Below are positions 37,343 to 46,869 of a stretch of DNA of 64,000 bases, piece after piece. The stretch is from Chthoniobacterales bacterium (GTDB taxonomy: Bacteria; Verrucomicrobiota; Verrucomicrobiia; Chthoniobacterales; Chthoniobacteraceae). The stretch covers positions 288,001-352,000 of the forward strand of contig JBBQZX010000001.1 of the NCBI GenBank assembly GCA_038207335.1, in the 5' to 3' direction. The position numbers and the translations under genes are program-made. The first letter of the stretch is position 1. Every line of letters begins with the position of its first letter. The notes beneath the pieces were generated by a model, which did not search any database, was not told the DNA's origin, and worked only from the letters and a program-made list of their open reading frames with translations.

Positions 37343-37762
37343 CTAGGGTGCGAAGTCTTTGGCGAGGACGAGTTCGGTGCCTTCTTTTTTGAGGTTGTAG
37401 TCCACGCAGTCGAAGGCTTTGCGGATGAGGTGGATGCCGAGGCCGCCGGGCTGGACGAGGTCGAGGGGCCGGCCGTTGAGCGCACTGGGATCGACCTGCG
37501 CGCCGAAGTCGCGGAGGCGGAAGATGACGCCCTTTTTACCCTGCTCGCAGATGAGGCTGATGAGCTGGTCGGGCTCGTGGTGGTAGGCGTAGCGGATGAC
37601 GTTGGTGCAGGCTTCGTCGAGCCCGAGGATGATGAGGTCGCGCTGGACGGGGGTGAAGGGGAGGGGGGCGAGGAATTCGCGGACGAAGCCGCGGACGAGG
37701 GCGAGATTGCCGGGATGGCTGGCGAATTCGATTTCGCGGCGGAGGCCGATGGCGCGTTTCAT
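37343..37762 (-). CDS. Anti-sigma factor / Ser kinase, RsbW-like (HATPase_c_2)
   Basis: Start overlaps the upstream stop; LGLDEACTNVIRYAY, DFG, GGLGIHLI. Confidence 0.88.
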   Translation of the reverse strand: MKRAIGLRREIEFASHPGNLALVRGFVREFLAPLPFTPVQRDLIILGLDEACTNVIRYAYHHEPDQLISLICEQGKKGVIFRLRDFGAQVDPSALNGRPLDLVQPGGLGIHLIRKAFDCVDYNLKKEGTELVLAKDFAP

Positions 37763-39039
37763 TTGAACCCGAAGGCGAGGATGGTGAGATCGTCGTGGCG
37801 CGGTGCGCTGCGGCGGTGCTGAGCCTCGCCGAGCAGGAGGGCGTCGGTGAGGTCGGAGGCGTGTGAGAATTCGCGCGAGAGTAGGCGGGCGACGCCGGCG
37901 GGGTCGAGGAGTTCGTCGGCTTCGTTGAAGGATTCGACGAGGCCGTCGGTGAAGAGGACGAGCCATTCGTCGCGCTCGAGGGTGAGCGTATGGGAGCGGC
38001 CGGGGAGTTCGGGGAGGAGGCCGAGAGGCGGCGAGCCGGTGACCGGGATCTGGCGGGCGCCGCTTTTTACTCCCGTGAGAAATGGGTGGCAGTGCCCGGC
38101 GCTGCAGATCTCGACATGGCGCGTGGAGCAGACGACGCGGCCGATGAGGGCGGTGATGAACATGCCGCGGATGGTGTGGCCGGTGAGCATGGAATTCCAG
38201 CGGGCCATGGCGGCGACGGGGGAGATGCCGGGGCGCAAGACAAGGCGGAGAATGCTGAGGGCCTGGGCCATGAGGAGGGCGGCGGGCATTCCTTTGCCGG
38301 AGACGTCGCCGATGACGAAGTAGATTTCGTCGGGACCGAGTTCGATGACGTCGTAGAAATCGCCGCCGACGTTGCGGGCGGGCTGATAGACGGCGGAGAA
38401 TTCGGCGCAGGCGATGTGCGGGAGGGTCTGGGGGAGGAAGCTGGCCTGGATTTCGTGGGCGAATGCGAACTCTTGGGCGAGGCGCTCCTGGCTGCGCTGG
38501 CGCTCGGTCGTGCGGAGCTTATCAATGGCCGTGGCGGCGAGGGTGCCGTATGCGGTGAAGGCTTCGAGGTCGGCCTCGTCGAAGGTGTCGCGTCCGATGG
38601 GATTGAGAATCTGCAGGGCGCCGATGTCGGAGTCGCCACTGAGGAGCGGGGCGCAGAGGACGGCGCGCGTGCGGAAGCCGGTCTGCTTGTCCACTTCGCG
38701 ATAGAAGCGGTCGTCAGCGTAGGCGTCAGGGATGAGGAGGGGCTTTCGGTGCTCCATGACCCAGCCGGAGATGCCGCGACCGCGCGGGATGATGATTTTC
38801 GCGATGCTGCCGTCGGCGACCGCAATGCTGCCGCCGCTGGTGCTGACGAGCTCGAGGCTGCCGTCCAGCTGGGCTAGGAAAAGCGAAGCGGCCTCGACGC
38901 GCATGACGCGGCGGGCGACCTCGAGGATGGCGGAGAGGAGCGCGGAGGAATCAGTGATGCCGTTGATGAGCGCGCTGACTTCGACGAGGCCTTTGTAGAT
39001 CTCGAGCAGGCGCTCCAGGCGGGCGATTTCGGCGGTCAT
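37759..39039 (-). CDS. GAF-domain PP2C/SpoIIE phosphatase (RsbU-like)
   Basis: GAF (GISGWV, DAYADDRF, TGFRTRAVLCAPL) plus VGGDFYD, IGDVSGKG, FTDGL, DDLTI. Confidence 0.92.
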   Translation of the reverse strand: MTAEIARLERLLEIYKGLVEVSALINGITDSSALLSAILEVARRVMRVEAASLFLAQLDGSLELVSTSGGSIAVADGSIAKIIIPRGRGISGWVMEHRKPLLIPDAYADDRFYREVDKQTGFRTRAVLCAPLLSGDSDIGALQILNPIGRDTFDEADLEAFTAYGTLAATAIDKLRTTERQRSQERLAQEFAFAHEIQASFLPQTLPHIACAEFSAVYQPARNVGGDFYDVIELGPDEIYFVIGDVSGKGMPAALLMAQALSILRLVLRPGISPVAAMARWNSMLTGHTIRGMFITALIGRVVCSTRHVEICSAGHCHPFLTGVKSGARQIPVTGSPPLGLLPELPGRSHTLTLERDEWLVLFTDGLVESFNEADELLDPAGVARLLSREFSHASDLTDALLLGEAQHRRSAPRHDDLTILAFGFK

Positions 39040-39148
39040 CGGGAGTGGATTGTAGGCAAGATGGCGGCGTGCGGAAGGAGTGAATGCGAGAGCAGTTCGT
39101 CTGAATATCGCTGGAACTCCGCGCGTCAGAGCGGCATCATTTTAGCCC

Positions 39149-39949
39149 ATGAAAGTCGCACTACTCGCCGCCGCACTCATCCTCTCCCCGCTCGTTGGTC
39201 GAGCTGCCGAGACTGCCTACACGGCGCTGCGAGTGGTGGGAAAAGGGCGCGGCGCGGATTCGCTGAATCGCGTGGTGGAGATGCGCGCGCGGGGCGGAAC
39301 ACCGGCGCCGGCCGTGTGGAGAATCGTGCTGTCCGATGCGGGCTCGCGCGGCGGGGTCCGGGAGCTGGAGGTGCAGGGCGGGCGGGTGATTTCTGAGAAG
39401 ACGCCGGTGGGGCGGCCGCTCGGTGCGCCGATGAATTTCGGCGCGTTGAATCTGGATTCGGAGGGGGCATTCACGGTCGCGAACGATGAGGCGAAGAAGG
39501 CGGGTGTGGCTTTTGAGCGGGTCGATTATTTGCTGAAGAGCGGGAGCGGCAGCGGCGCGCCGGTGTGGGAACTGCAACTGCAAACTGCCGCCGGTGGACG
39601 CGCGGCGACGATCCAGATCGCGGCGGATAGCGGTGCGATTTTGCACGAAGACGGGCTCGCGGTGCGCGGCGGGAAGACGTATCCGAAGATTGAGCAACGA
39701 CCGCCCGTGACCGAACGGGACTACGTCGCCCCGCCGCCGGCGCAGCGCGAATATGTCGGGCACGAGCCGGTGGATCGGCGAGCCGAGGATCGCGAGTATC
39801 TCGACCGGCGGGAAGATTATCGGGATCAAGAGGATTACGAGCGGCCGCACGAGCACATCCACGATGTGCCGAGTTTGTTCCGGCGCGCGCAAAACCATTT
39901 CGAGCGGCGCGGCGTGCAGATTCGCAATTTCTTCCTTGGCGACGAATAG
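39149..39949 (+). CDS. Secreted hypothetical protein, PepSY-like segments
   Basis: Signal peptide; PVWELQL...IQIAADSGAIL resembles PepSY; charged tail. Confidence 0.65.
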   Translation: MKVALLAAALILSPLVGRAAETAYTALRVVGKGRGADSLNRVVEMRARGGTPAPAVWRIVLSDAGSRGGVRELEVQGGRVISEKTPVGRPLGAPMNFGALNLDSEGAFTVANDEAKKAGVAFERVDYLLKSGSGSGAPVWELQLQTAAGGRAATIQIAADSGAILHEDGLAVRGGKTYPKIEQRPPVTERDYVAPPPAQREYVGHEPVDRRAEDREYLDRREDYRDQEDYERPHEHIHDVPSLFRRAQNHFERRGVQIRNFFLGDE

Positions 39950-39997
39950 CCTTCGCGCGTGCTCGCCGTCTGCCGCGATGCGTGGCAGGATGGGCGC

Positions 39998-40462
39998 ATG
40001 TTTGAATTGATCGTCTCGCTCGCGGCAGTCGGTGTGCTGCTCGTGTTTGTGGAATTGTTCGTACCGGGTGCGATCGCGGGCATCGCGGGCGCGCTGGCGC
40101 TGCTCGTCTCGGTGGCGCTGACCTACAACGAATACGGGGTCGATCGCGGCAACATCATGCTCGTATGCGTCATCGTCTTCGGTGCGGCTCTGCTCATCTG
40201 GTGGATGCGCAGCTTTTCAAACAGCGCACTCGGCCGCAAATGGACGCTCCATTCCGAAGTGCCAAACGATCCCGCGCAGTCCGCATTCTTCGCGCTCGCC
40301 GACCGCACCGGCACCGCGCTTACTGAGCTGCGCCCCGCCGGCACCGCGATGATCGGAGGTGCTCGCATCGACGTGATCGCGGAAAGCGAAATGATCGAGC
40401 GCGGCGCCGCGATCCGAGTCGTGCGAGTGGAGGGGAAAAAAGTAGTCGTCCGGCGGGGCTAA
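39998..40462 (+). CDS. NfeD-family membrane protein
   Basis: ELFVPG TM segments; [25 protein letters not shown]...VRVEG OB-fold; precedes floA. Confidence 0.88.
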   Translation: MFELIVSLAAVGVLLVFVELFVPGAIAGIAGALALLVSVALTYNEYGVDRGNIMLVCVIVFGAALLIWWMRSFSNSALGRKWTLHSEVPNDPAQSAFFALADRTGTALTELRPAGTAMIGGARIDVIAESEMIERGAAIRVVRVEGKKVVVRRG

Positions 40463-40520
40463 TTTTCAGACACCGCTTTCGCTCGCCGTGCCGAATCGAC
40501 CGGCTACAATCCGCGCACCT

Positions 40521-41528
40521 ATGGGCAATGCACTCCTCGTTCTCGTTCTCGTTGTCGGCCTCGTGCTGGCGATCATCATTTTCAATTTCTTCGGCCTCTG
40601 GCTGCGCGCGCGCATCTCTGGCGCGCCTGTCGGTATGGGCACGCTCATCGCGATGAAACTCCGCGGCGTCCCCGTCGCACTCATCGTCGATTCGCGCATC
40701 ACCGCGGTGAAAGCCGGCCTGCCCGTCGATACGAACGGCCTCGAAGCGCACTACCTCGCCGGCGGAAATGTGAACCAGGTCATCCTCGCGCTCATCGCTG
40801 CTGAGAAGTCTGGCATTGCACTCTCCTTCGACCACGCGCGCGGAATCGACCTCGCGACGAAAGGCACCGGAAAGACCGTGCTCGACGCCGTCAAGACGAG
40901 CATCAACCCGCGCGTCATCGACTGCCCGAATCCCGCCTCCGGTCGCGCGACCATCGACGGCGTGGCGAAAGATGGCATCGGCGTGAAAGCCAAAGCGCGC
41001 GTGACCGTGCGCACGAACCTTGCGCAATTTGTCGGTGGCGCGACTGAGGAAACCATCGTCGCGCGAGTCGGCGAGGGCATCGTCAGCGCGATCGGCTCTG
41101 CGGATTCCTACAAGCTTGTGCTCGAAAATCCCGACCGCATTTCCAAAGCCGTGCTGGCAAAAGGCCTCGATAGCGGCAGCGCGTTCGAGATCCTTTCCAT
41201 CGACATCGCGGACGTCGATATCGGTGAAAACATCGGCGCGAAATTGCAGGCCGAGCAGGCCGATGCCGACAAGCGCGTCGCGCAAGCGAAGGCCGAAGTG
41301 CGCCGCGCGGCAGCCGTCGCCGTCGAGCAGGAGATGCGCGCGCGGACGCAGGAGATGCGGGCGAAAGTCGTCGAGGCCGAGGCGCAGGTGCCGCAGGCGA
41401 TGGCCGATGCGTTCCGCTCCGGCAATCTCGGCATCATGGACTACGTGAAGATGAAAAACGTGCAGGCGGACACCGACATGCGTGCGTCGATCGCCGGCAA
41501 TGACCGCCCGCGCGAAGACGCAAAATGA
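40521..41528 (+). CDS. floA: Flotillin-like protein FloA (YqfA/UPF0365)
   Basis: [59 protein letters not shown]. Confidence 0.93.
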   Translation: MGNALLVLVLVVGLVLAIIIFNFFGLWLRARISGAPVGMGTLIAMKLRGVPVALIVDSRITAVKAGLPVDTNGLEAHYLAGGNVNQVILALIAAEKSGIALSFDHARGIDLATKGTGKTVLDAVKTSINPRVIDCPNPASGRATIDGVAKDGIGVKAKARVTVRTNLAQFVGGATEETIVARVGEGIVSAIGSADSYKLVLENPDRISKAVLAKGLDSGSAFEILSIDIADVDIGENIGAKLQAEQADADKRVAQAKAEVRRAAAVAVEQEMRARTQEMRAKVVEAEAQVPQAMADAFRSGNLGIMDYVKMKNVQADTDMRASIAGNDRPREDAK

Positions 41529-42193
41529 CGGTGCTCGCATCCATCGACGGTTCGCTCTTTTTCGTCATGATCGCCGCCGTCATCGGCGTGATCAATTGGC
41601 TCACGAAAAAGAACGAATCGTCCGGCACGAAGCCGACGCCAAAAGGCTCCGGTGCCAGCCCGAGTCTGCCTCGCGGTGGGACCGGCGAGGAGGAGCGGAT
41701 GCGGAAATTCCTCGAGGCGCTCGGCGTTCCCGCGGATCAAGGCCCGCCGCCGATCCAGCCGCGTCCGACCATCGCGCGAAATCAACCTCTGCCGAAAATC
41801 CAATCGCGCAGCCCAGTCGTCGCACAGCCGATTTACCCCTCTTACACGAAGCAGCGCAAACCGCCCGTCCTCCCGCCCAAGCGCCGCGTCGTCTTCGCGG
41901 AAAAGCCTCCTGAGCCGCAATTCGCCGTGCCGATTCCGCCGCTGGAGACGCCGCCGGTTTCCGAGTTCGAGACGACCTCCTCTCACGTCTCTGCAATCCC
42001 CCTCGAGGCTCCCGCCACCGAAGTCTGGGACGCCTTTCGCCAAGCCCCTGAGCTGCCCTCCATGCAGCTTGGCAACAGCATCCGCGACCTTCTGCGCACT
42101 CCGCGCAGCCTGCGGGACATCGTGCTGCTGCGCGAAATTCTCGGTCCACCGAGAGGCTTGCCAAACGCCTCCGCGCTCCCTACTTTAATCTGA
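41525..42193 (+). CDS. Hypothetical protein with N-terminal TM and Pro-rich body; third gene of the nfeD-floA operon
   Basis: ATGA overlap with floA; C-terminal [16 protein letters not shown]. Confidence 0.75.
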   Translation: MTVLASIDGSLFFVMIAAVIGVINWLTKKNESSGTKPTPKGSGASPSLPRGGTGEEERMRKFLEALGVPADQGPPPIQPRPTIARNQPLPKIQSRSPVVAQPIYPSYTKQRKPPVLPPKRRVVFAEKPPEPQFAVPIPPLETPPVSEFETTSSHVSAIPLEAPATEVWDAFRQAPELPSMQLGNSIRDLLRTPRSLRDIVLLREILGPPRGLPNASALPTLI

Positions 42194-42204
42194 TTCGCAG
42201 CTAA

Positions 42205-42288
42205 GCCGGTGTGGCGGAATTGGCAGACGCGCCAGACTCAAAATCTGGTATCCGCAAGGGTGTGTGGGTTCGATCCCCTCCGCCGGCA
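42205..42288 (+). tRNA. tRNA-Leu (anticodon CAA); CCA not encoded
   Basis: Acceptor GCCGGTG/CGCCGGC+A, D arm GGCGGAATTGGCAGACGC, anticodon arm CCAGA-CTCAAAA-TCTGG, long variable arm, GGTTCGATCCC T loop. Confidence 0.96.
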
Positions 42289-42376
42289 CTTTCAAGATTC
42301 GCGTTGCAATCACTGCGTTGGGCGTATCCGCAGCGGGCTTCGAGGATCGTAAGCCAAGCGGCTGCGACTATGCCAT

Positions 42377-42946
42377 TTATTGAAACCAGCTAGAAATGCC
42401 TGAGCTTTTCGATTTCGCCGGTTGGGTCGGCGTGTGATCGTGAGGCGGTGCTGCCACGGTTTTCCCGGCGGGAATAACGAGTGCGGTGCCGACGGCGAGT
42501 TTCCGGTCGTCGATAATGTGATTGGCGCGCCGGAGTTCGGCTACACTCACTCCAGTTTGTACGGCGATGGAGCTGAGCGTTTCGCCTTTTGCGACCACAT
42601 GAGAGCGGTTGTGCGATGCCGGGGCGGGCAGCGGGTGCGGCGTTGATCTCGGCGCAGGGGGGCGGGCCGACGAGGCCGTGGGGCGGGGACCGTCGGTCTT
42701 CACGGGGCCGAGGCGCTTGGCGTTGAGATATGGGCGCAGCGTGGGATCGATCTCGAGAATTTTCGCATCCAACCGTGCATCGGCACGCTCGTAGGCATCT
42801 CTTACTTTCGGATCGCGCAGGGCGATTTTTTTTACCTGCTCGTATTCGAGTGCGGGGTTGTTTCCGGCAGGAGATGGCGCGGCATGTAGCGCGGCGGGAG
42901 CGGCAAGCGCGACGATGAGGAGGATGAAACGGAGGCGTTGGAGCAT
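42377..42946 (-). CDS. Secreted LysM-domain protein
   Basis: Signal peptide from MLQRLRF; HVVAKGETLSSIA...VSVAELRRANHI...LAVGTALVIP. Confidence 0.88.
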   Translation of the reverse strand: MLQRLRFILLIVALAAPAALHAAPSPAGNNPALEYEQVKKIALRDPKVRDAYERADARLDAKILEIDPTLRPYLNAKRLGPVKTDGPRPTASSARPPAPRSTPHPLPAPASHNRSHVVAKGETLSSIAVQTGVSVAELRRANHIIDDRKLAVGTALVIPAGKTVAAPPHDHTPTQPAKSKSSGISSWFQ

Positions 42947-43094
42947 AGTAAATCGAAGTATCGGACGACGCGCAAACCGACAAGCCGCGGCTTCGGTCGA
43001 GTGGTGTATTTTTAACTGCGCGCTACAGGCTGCGAGCGGCTCATCGCGACAGTGACAGCGGGGTGCGTGCACTTCCACCAAAGGCCGCGCGGTA

Positions 43095-45317
43095 TCACAG
43101 CTTTTTCAGTGCGCGGCGAGCGGCGCGCGAGACGTCTTCGGATTGGTTTTCCTGCAGGGCTTTGAGTGCGGGGATGGCTTCGCGGGCTTCGGGGCCGACG
43201 GCGGCGAGGCGCTCGCAGGCGAAGATGCGGACTTCGGGATTGTCGATCGCGAGGGCTTCCATGAGGTGTGGAACGGAGCGAACTTCGATTTTTTTCAAAG
43301 CATCGAGAGCGGCGGCGCGGTCGGCGTCGTTGTGGAGCAGTGCGATGAGCTGCGGGGCGGCGTCGCGCGCGGAATTGCCGAGTGCGCCGAGAGCCGCGGC
43401 GGCGGCGTGGTGTGGCTGCGGGTCGGCGTCTGCAAGAGCGGCGGTGAGTGTGTCGAGGCGCTTCTTTTTGTCGTGTTCGGTGCGCGCAAATGCGCCGAGC
43501 GCTGAGGCGCGAATTTCGGGATCAGGATCGTGCAATGCTTGTTCCAGAGCAGGTGCGACGGCAGGTGCGCCGGTTTTTGAAAGTGTCGCGAAGATTTGAA
43601 CACGGCGTTCTTTCGAGGCTGAGCCGAGCAATTCAATGAGACGCGGAGCGGCGCTCTCCGCGCCGGTTCCGATGCGGCCGAGCGCATCGAGGAGGGCGGG
43701 TTGCATCGTGGCGTCGCCGAGATTTTCTAGGAGAATGGGAATCGCCTCGGGCTGCGCGGGGCCGACATTTTCGATTGCAGTGCGGCGGACTGTGGCGTCG
43801 GGATCGCGTAGCGCGGCGAGCATCGCATCTCCCAGCGGGTGCGCTGCCTCGCCGAGAAATGGGATGAGCTGGAGCGCGGTGAGGCGCACGATGGGCTCGG
43901 CGTCGCGCATGGCAGTCTGCATGAGCGGCAGGATGATTTTGGAATTTGTGCGTGCGGCGACAAGGCCACCGAGTGCGGCGGCTCGCACACCGGGAGCGGC
44001 ATCGGCGCACGCTTTGACAAGCTCTGGGATCGCGGGTCGCGCGGGCGCGCCCATCTCGCCAAGTGCACGTGCTGCGGTGAGCCGAATGGTGGCATTTTGA
44101 TCGGAGAGTGCGGTGCCGAGCGGGAGCGCGGCCATGCCGCCCATCGACTGCAAAGTCTTTACGCTCCAGTGTTCGCGGGTGATGGCGTCGGGCATTTCGG
44201 TGGAAATTGCGCGCAGGATTTCGGGGACGGAGGCGGGGCCGATTTGGACAAGTGCGTCGATGAATGGCGGCGGTGGAGGCTGTCGATTCGCCATCGCGGC
44301 GAGAAGCGCTGGGATGGCGCTTGCGGAGGGCGAGCCGATGCGGCCGAGGAGATCGGCGGCGCGTCCAGCGATTGCGGGATTCGGATTTTGAAGGAGCGTG
44401 GAAAGCGCTGAGACGATTTCCTTTTGCTCGGAGTGAAAGAGCAGGAGGGAGCCCACGGCGGCGTTTCGCACGGATTCGTCTGGGTCGTTGAGCGCGTCTA
44501 GCAGGGGAGGGATGCAGTTTTTCGCGTCTGCTTCGATGGCTGGGAGGGCTGAGAAAATCGCTGCGCGTGTGACAGGGTCGCGCTCGGTTTTCAAGAGATC
44601 GATGAGCGCGGGCGCGGTGTCGCGCGCCTTCGCGCCGAGGCGGGCGATTGCGCGCGTGGCGGTGGCACGGGCGAGCGGCTCCGTCGCCGCGAGGGCGTCG
44701 CGGGTGGGCTGCAGCGCGTCGGTTCCGATCGCGGCGATGGCGTCGACGACTGCGCCGCGGACAGCGGGGTCGTTGTGGCCGAAGTTTGAAATTAGCGCGG
44801 GGATGGCGTCGCGCGCATCGGGGCCGATGCCGGCGAGTGCGGCGGCTGCTCCGGCGCGCAGCGAGGTGTCGGGCGCGGAGAGCGATTCGATCAGGGCTGG
44901 GATCGCGGCTTTTCCGATGCGCGACAGGGCGAATGCGGCGCGGAGCACGGCCTGCTGGCGATCGCGCTCGCGTCCGCCGCGAGGGGTGCGGCTGTCCATC
45001 GTTTTGATGAGCTCGGGGATCGCGGGCTCGGCAAGCGGGCCGAGATTCGCGAGTGCGGCGATGGAGTTGGACCAGACCTGTTTGTCGTTATCGTCGAGGG
45101 CTTTGATGAGCGCGGGGACGGCCTCTTTCGCCGCAGGGCCGGCGGCCTCGAGCTGGAGCGCGGCTTCGCGGCGTTTGTTTTGATCGGAGCCGGAGAGCTG
45201 CTGGATGAGGTTTGGGACAGGCTCGGCGGCAGGTGCGGGGGGGGCGAAGACGAGGAGGATCGCCGCCACGAATTGAGCGAGAGATCGCTTCCGGGATTTG
45301 GGTGGGATTCGGTGCAT
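43095..45317 (-). CDS. Exported HEAT/PBS-lyase repeat protein
   Basis: Many AxPALxxxLxDxDxxVRxxAAxALxxxG repeats after a signal-like N-terminus; start taken at MHRIPPK. Confidence 0.88.
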   Translation of the reverse strand: MHRIPPKSRKRSLAQFVAAILLVFAPPAPAAEPVPNLIQQLSGSDQNKRREAALQLEAAGPAAKEAVPALIKALDDNDKQVWSNSIAALANLGPLAEPAIPELIKTMDSRTPRGGRERDRQQAVLRAAFALSRIGKAAIPALIESLSAPDTSLRAGAAAALAGIGPDARDAIPALISNFGHNDPAVRGAVVDAIAAIGTDALQPTRDALAATEPLARATATRAIARLGAKARDTAPALIDLLKTERDPVTRAAIFSALPAIEADAKNCIPPLLDALNDPDESVRNAAVGSLLLFHSEQKEIVSALSTLLQNPNPAIAGRAADLLGRIGSPSASAIPALLAAMANRQPPPPPFIDALVQIGPASVPEILRAISTEMPDAITREHWSVKTLQSMGGMAALPLGTALSDQNATIRLTAARALGEMGAPARPAIPELVKACADAAPGVRAAALGGLVAARTNSKIILPLMQTAMRDAEPIVRLTALQLIPFLGEAAHPLGDAMLAALRDPDATVRRTAIENVGPAQPEAIPILLENLGDATMQPALLDALGRIGTGAESAAPRLIELLGSASKERRVQIFATLSKTGAPAVAPALEQALHDPDPEIRASALGAFARTEHDKKKRLDTLTAALADADPQPHHAAAAALGALGNSARDAAPQLIALLHNDADRAAALDALKKIEVRSVPHLMEALAIDNPEVRIFACERLAAVGPEAREAIPALKALQENQSEDVSRAARRALKKL

Positions 45318-45341
45318 CGGTGCGGGATGGAAAACTTCGTC

Positions 45342-45387
45342 TCGGCGAGCGCACCCAAACCAACACGCGACGGCGCGTGTGCTCCCC
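45342..45387 (-). repeat. REP-like palindromic element
   Basis: Minus strand GGGGAGC-ACACGCG-CCGT-CGCGTGT-TGGTTTGGGTGCGCTCGCCGA: a GGAG tetramer just 5' of a perfect 7-bp hairpin. Confidence 0.6.
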
Positions 45388-45430
45388 AAAAGGGCGCGGG
45401 GACGCGGGAGACTTTTGCGCGCGGGGGGCG

Positions 45431-46789
45431 CTATGCGCTCAGCCCGCGGAGGGATCCGGTGCTGTCGCCGAAATGCGCGGACGGGGCGCCGACTCGGTCG
45501 AGCATGGAGACGAGCAGATTGGCCATCGGAGTCTCGGATGAGTAGCGGATGTGGCGGCCGGGAGTGATGGAGCCGCCGCCGCGACCGGCCATGATTATGG
45601 GCAGGTCCTCGTGGTTGTGACGGTTGCCGTCGCCGATGCCGCCGCCATACACGAGCATGCAATTATCGAGCAGGGTGCCGTCGCCCTCGGGGATCGATTT
45701 CAGCCGGTCGAGCACGTAGGCGAACTGCTGCATGTGGAAGGTGTTGATGTCGCGAATCTTTTCCTTTTTCGCCGGGTCGCCTTGATGGTGGGAAAGATTG
45801 TGATGGCCGTCGTGCACGCCGATGTTTCGGTAGCTCCGGTTGCTGCCTTCATTTGCAAGCATGAATGTCGAGACGCGCGTGACATCGGCCTGAAACGCGA
45901 GCACGAGCATGTCGCACATCAGCCGTGCGTGTTCCTCGTAGCTCTCCGGGATGCCGTCGGGAATCTCGTATCCAGCCGCGGCAGATATGTCCGCACCGGC
46001 GACAGTTTTCTCCGCCCGCTCGACGCGCTGCTCGATCTCGCGAATGGCGACGAGATACTCGTCGAGCTTCTGTTTATCGCGCCCGCCGACTTTGCCGCCG
46101 AGCGATTTTGCGTCCTCCAGCACGAAGTCCAGGATGCTCTTTTTCAACGCAGCTCGGCGCGCCTGACTTTCGCCTGCCTCGCCCGGAATCGCACTTGAGA
46201 AGAGCCGCTCAAAGACTGCGCGCGGATTGATCTCATGCGTCATCGGCGTCGATTCGTTGCGCCATGAAATGTTGTTCGAATACGCGCAACTGTAGCCGGT
46301 GTCACACTTCCCGCCCTGTCGTCCAGGTTCCAGACCGAGCTCGAGCGAAGCGAAGCGCGTCTCTTTTCCGAGCACCGACGCCGCGACCTGGTCGGCGGAA
46401 ATGCCGACGCGAATCTGCGACCCCTCGCTCTTCAGCGGCTGCGCGGCGGTGAGCCAGCTTCCGGCGGAGCGCGCATGATCGCCGCCGCCGTCGCCATTCG
46501 CGCGGCCTTTGTCCTGCGCGAGTCCGCTGAGCACGAGGAGGTCGTTTCGATGTGCCTGCAATGGTTGAAGGATGTGCGGGAGATCGAAAACCGCGCCTTC
46601 CGCGGCAGGCGTCCAGTCGGCCATGTTCGCGCCGTTCGGCACGAAAAAGAAACCCATGCGGATGGGGGATTTCGCCGCTGCGGCTGCCAGAGCTCGAGTC
46701 GGGAGCATGGCGTCCAGCATCGGCAGGGCGATCATGGCGCCGAGGCCGCGGAGGAAAGTGCGGCGTGGGACTTGGAGGTGATTTGTCAT
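45431..46789 (-). CDS. DUF1552-family protein, Tat-exported
   Basis: RRTFLRG Tat motif, FFVPNG, CDTGYSCAYSNNISW, AFQADVTRVSTF, HHNLSHH, DGNRHNH. Confidence 0.9.
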   Translation of the reverse strand: MTNHLQVPRRTFLRGLGAMIALPMLDAMLPTRALAAAAAKSPIRMGFFFVPNGANMADWTPAAEGAVFDLPHILQPLQAHRNDLLVLSGLAQDKGRANGDGGGDHARSAGSWLTAAQPLKSEGSQIRVGISADQVAASVLGKETRFASLELGLEPGRQGGKCDTGYSCAYSNNISWRNESTPMTHEINPRAVFERLFSSAIPGEAGESQARRAALKKSILDFVLEDAKSLGGKVGGRDKQKLDEYLVAIREIEQRVERAEKTVAGADISAAAGYEIPDGIPESYEEHARLMCDMLVLAFQADVTRVSTFMLANEGSNRSYRNIGVHDGHHNLSHHQGDPAKKEKIRDINTFHMQQFAYVLDRLKSIPEGDGTLLDNCMLVYGGGIGDGNRHNHEDLPIIMAGRGGGSITPGRHIRYSSETPMANLLVSMLDRVGAPSAHFGDSTGSLRGLSA

Positions 46790-46869
46790 GGCGTATGCGG
46801 ATGAGGATTTTTAGCAGGAAAGCGAAAAAACAGGAAGAAAGGTCGGGGGGTGAACGCCTGAGCGGGCGA

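Noticed and set aside
42205..42400. tRNA-Leu as an island or prophage integration site
   Set aside because: No integrase nearby, and I found no duplicate of the tRNA 3' end in the window; flanking genes look native.
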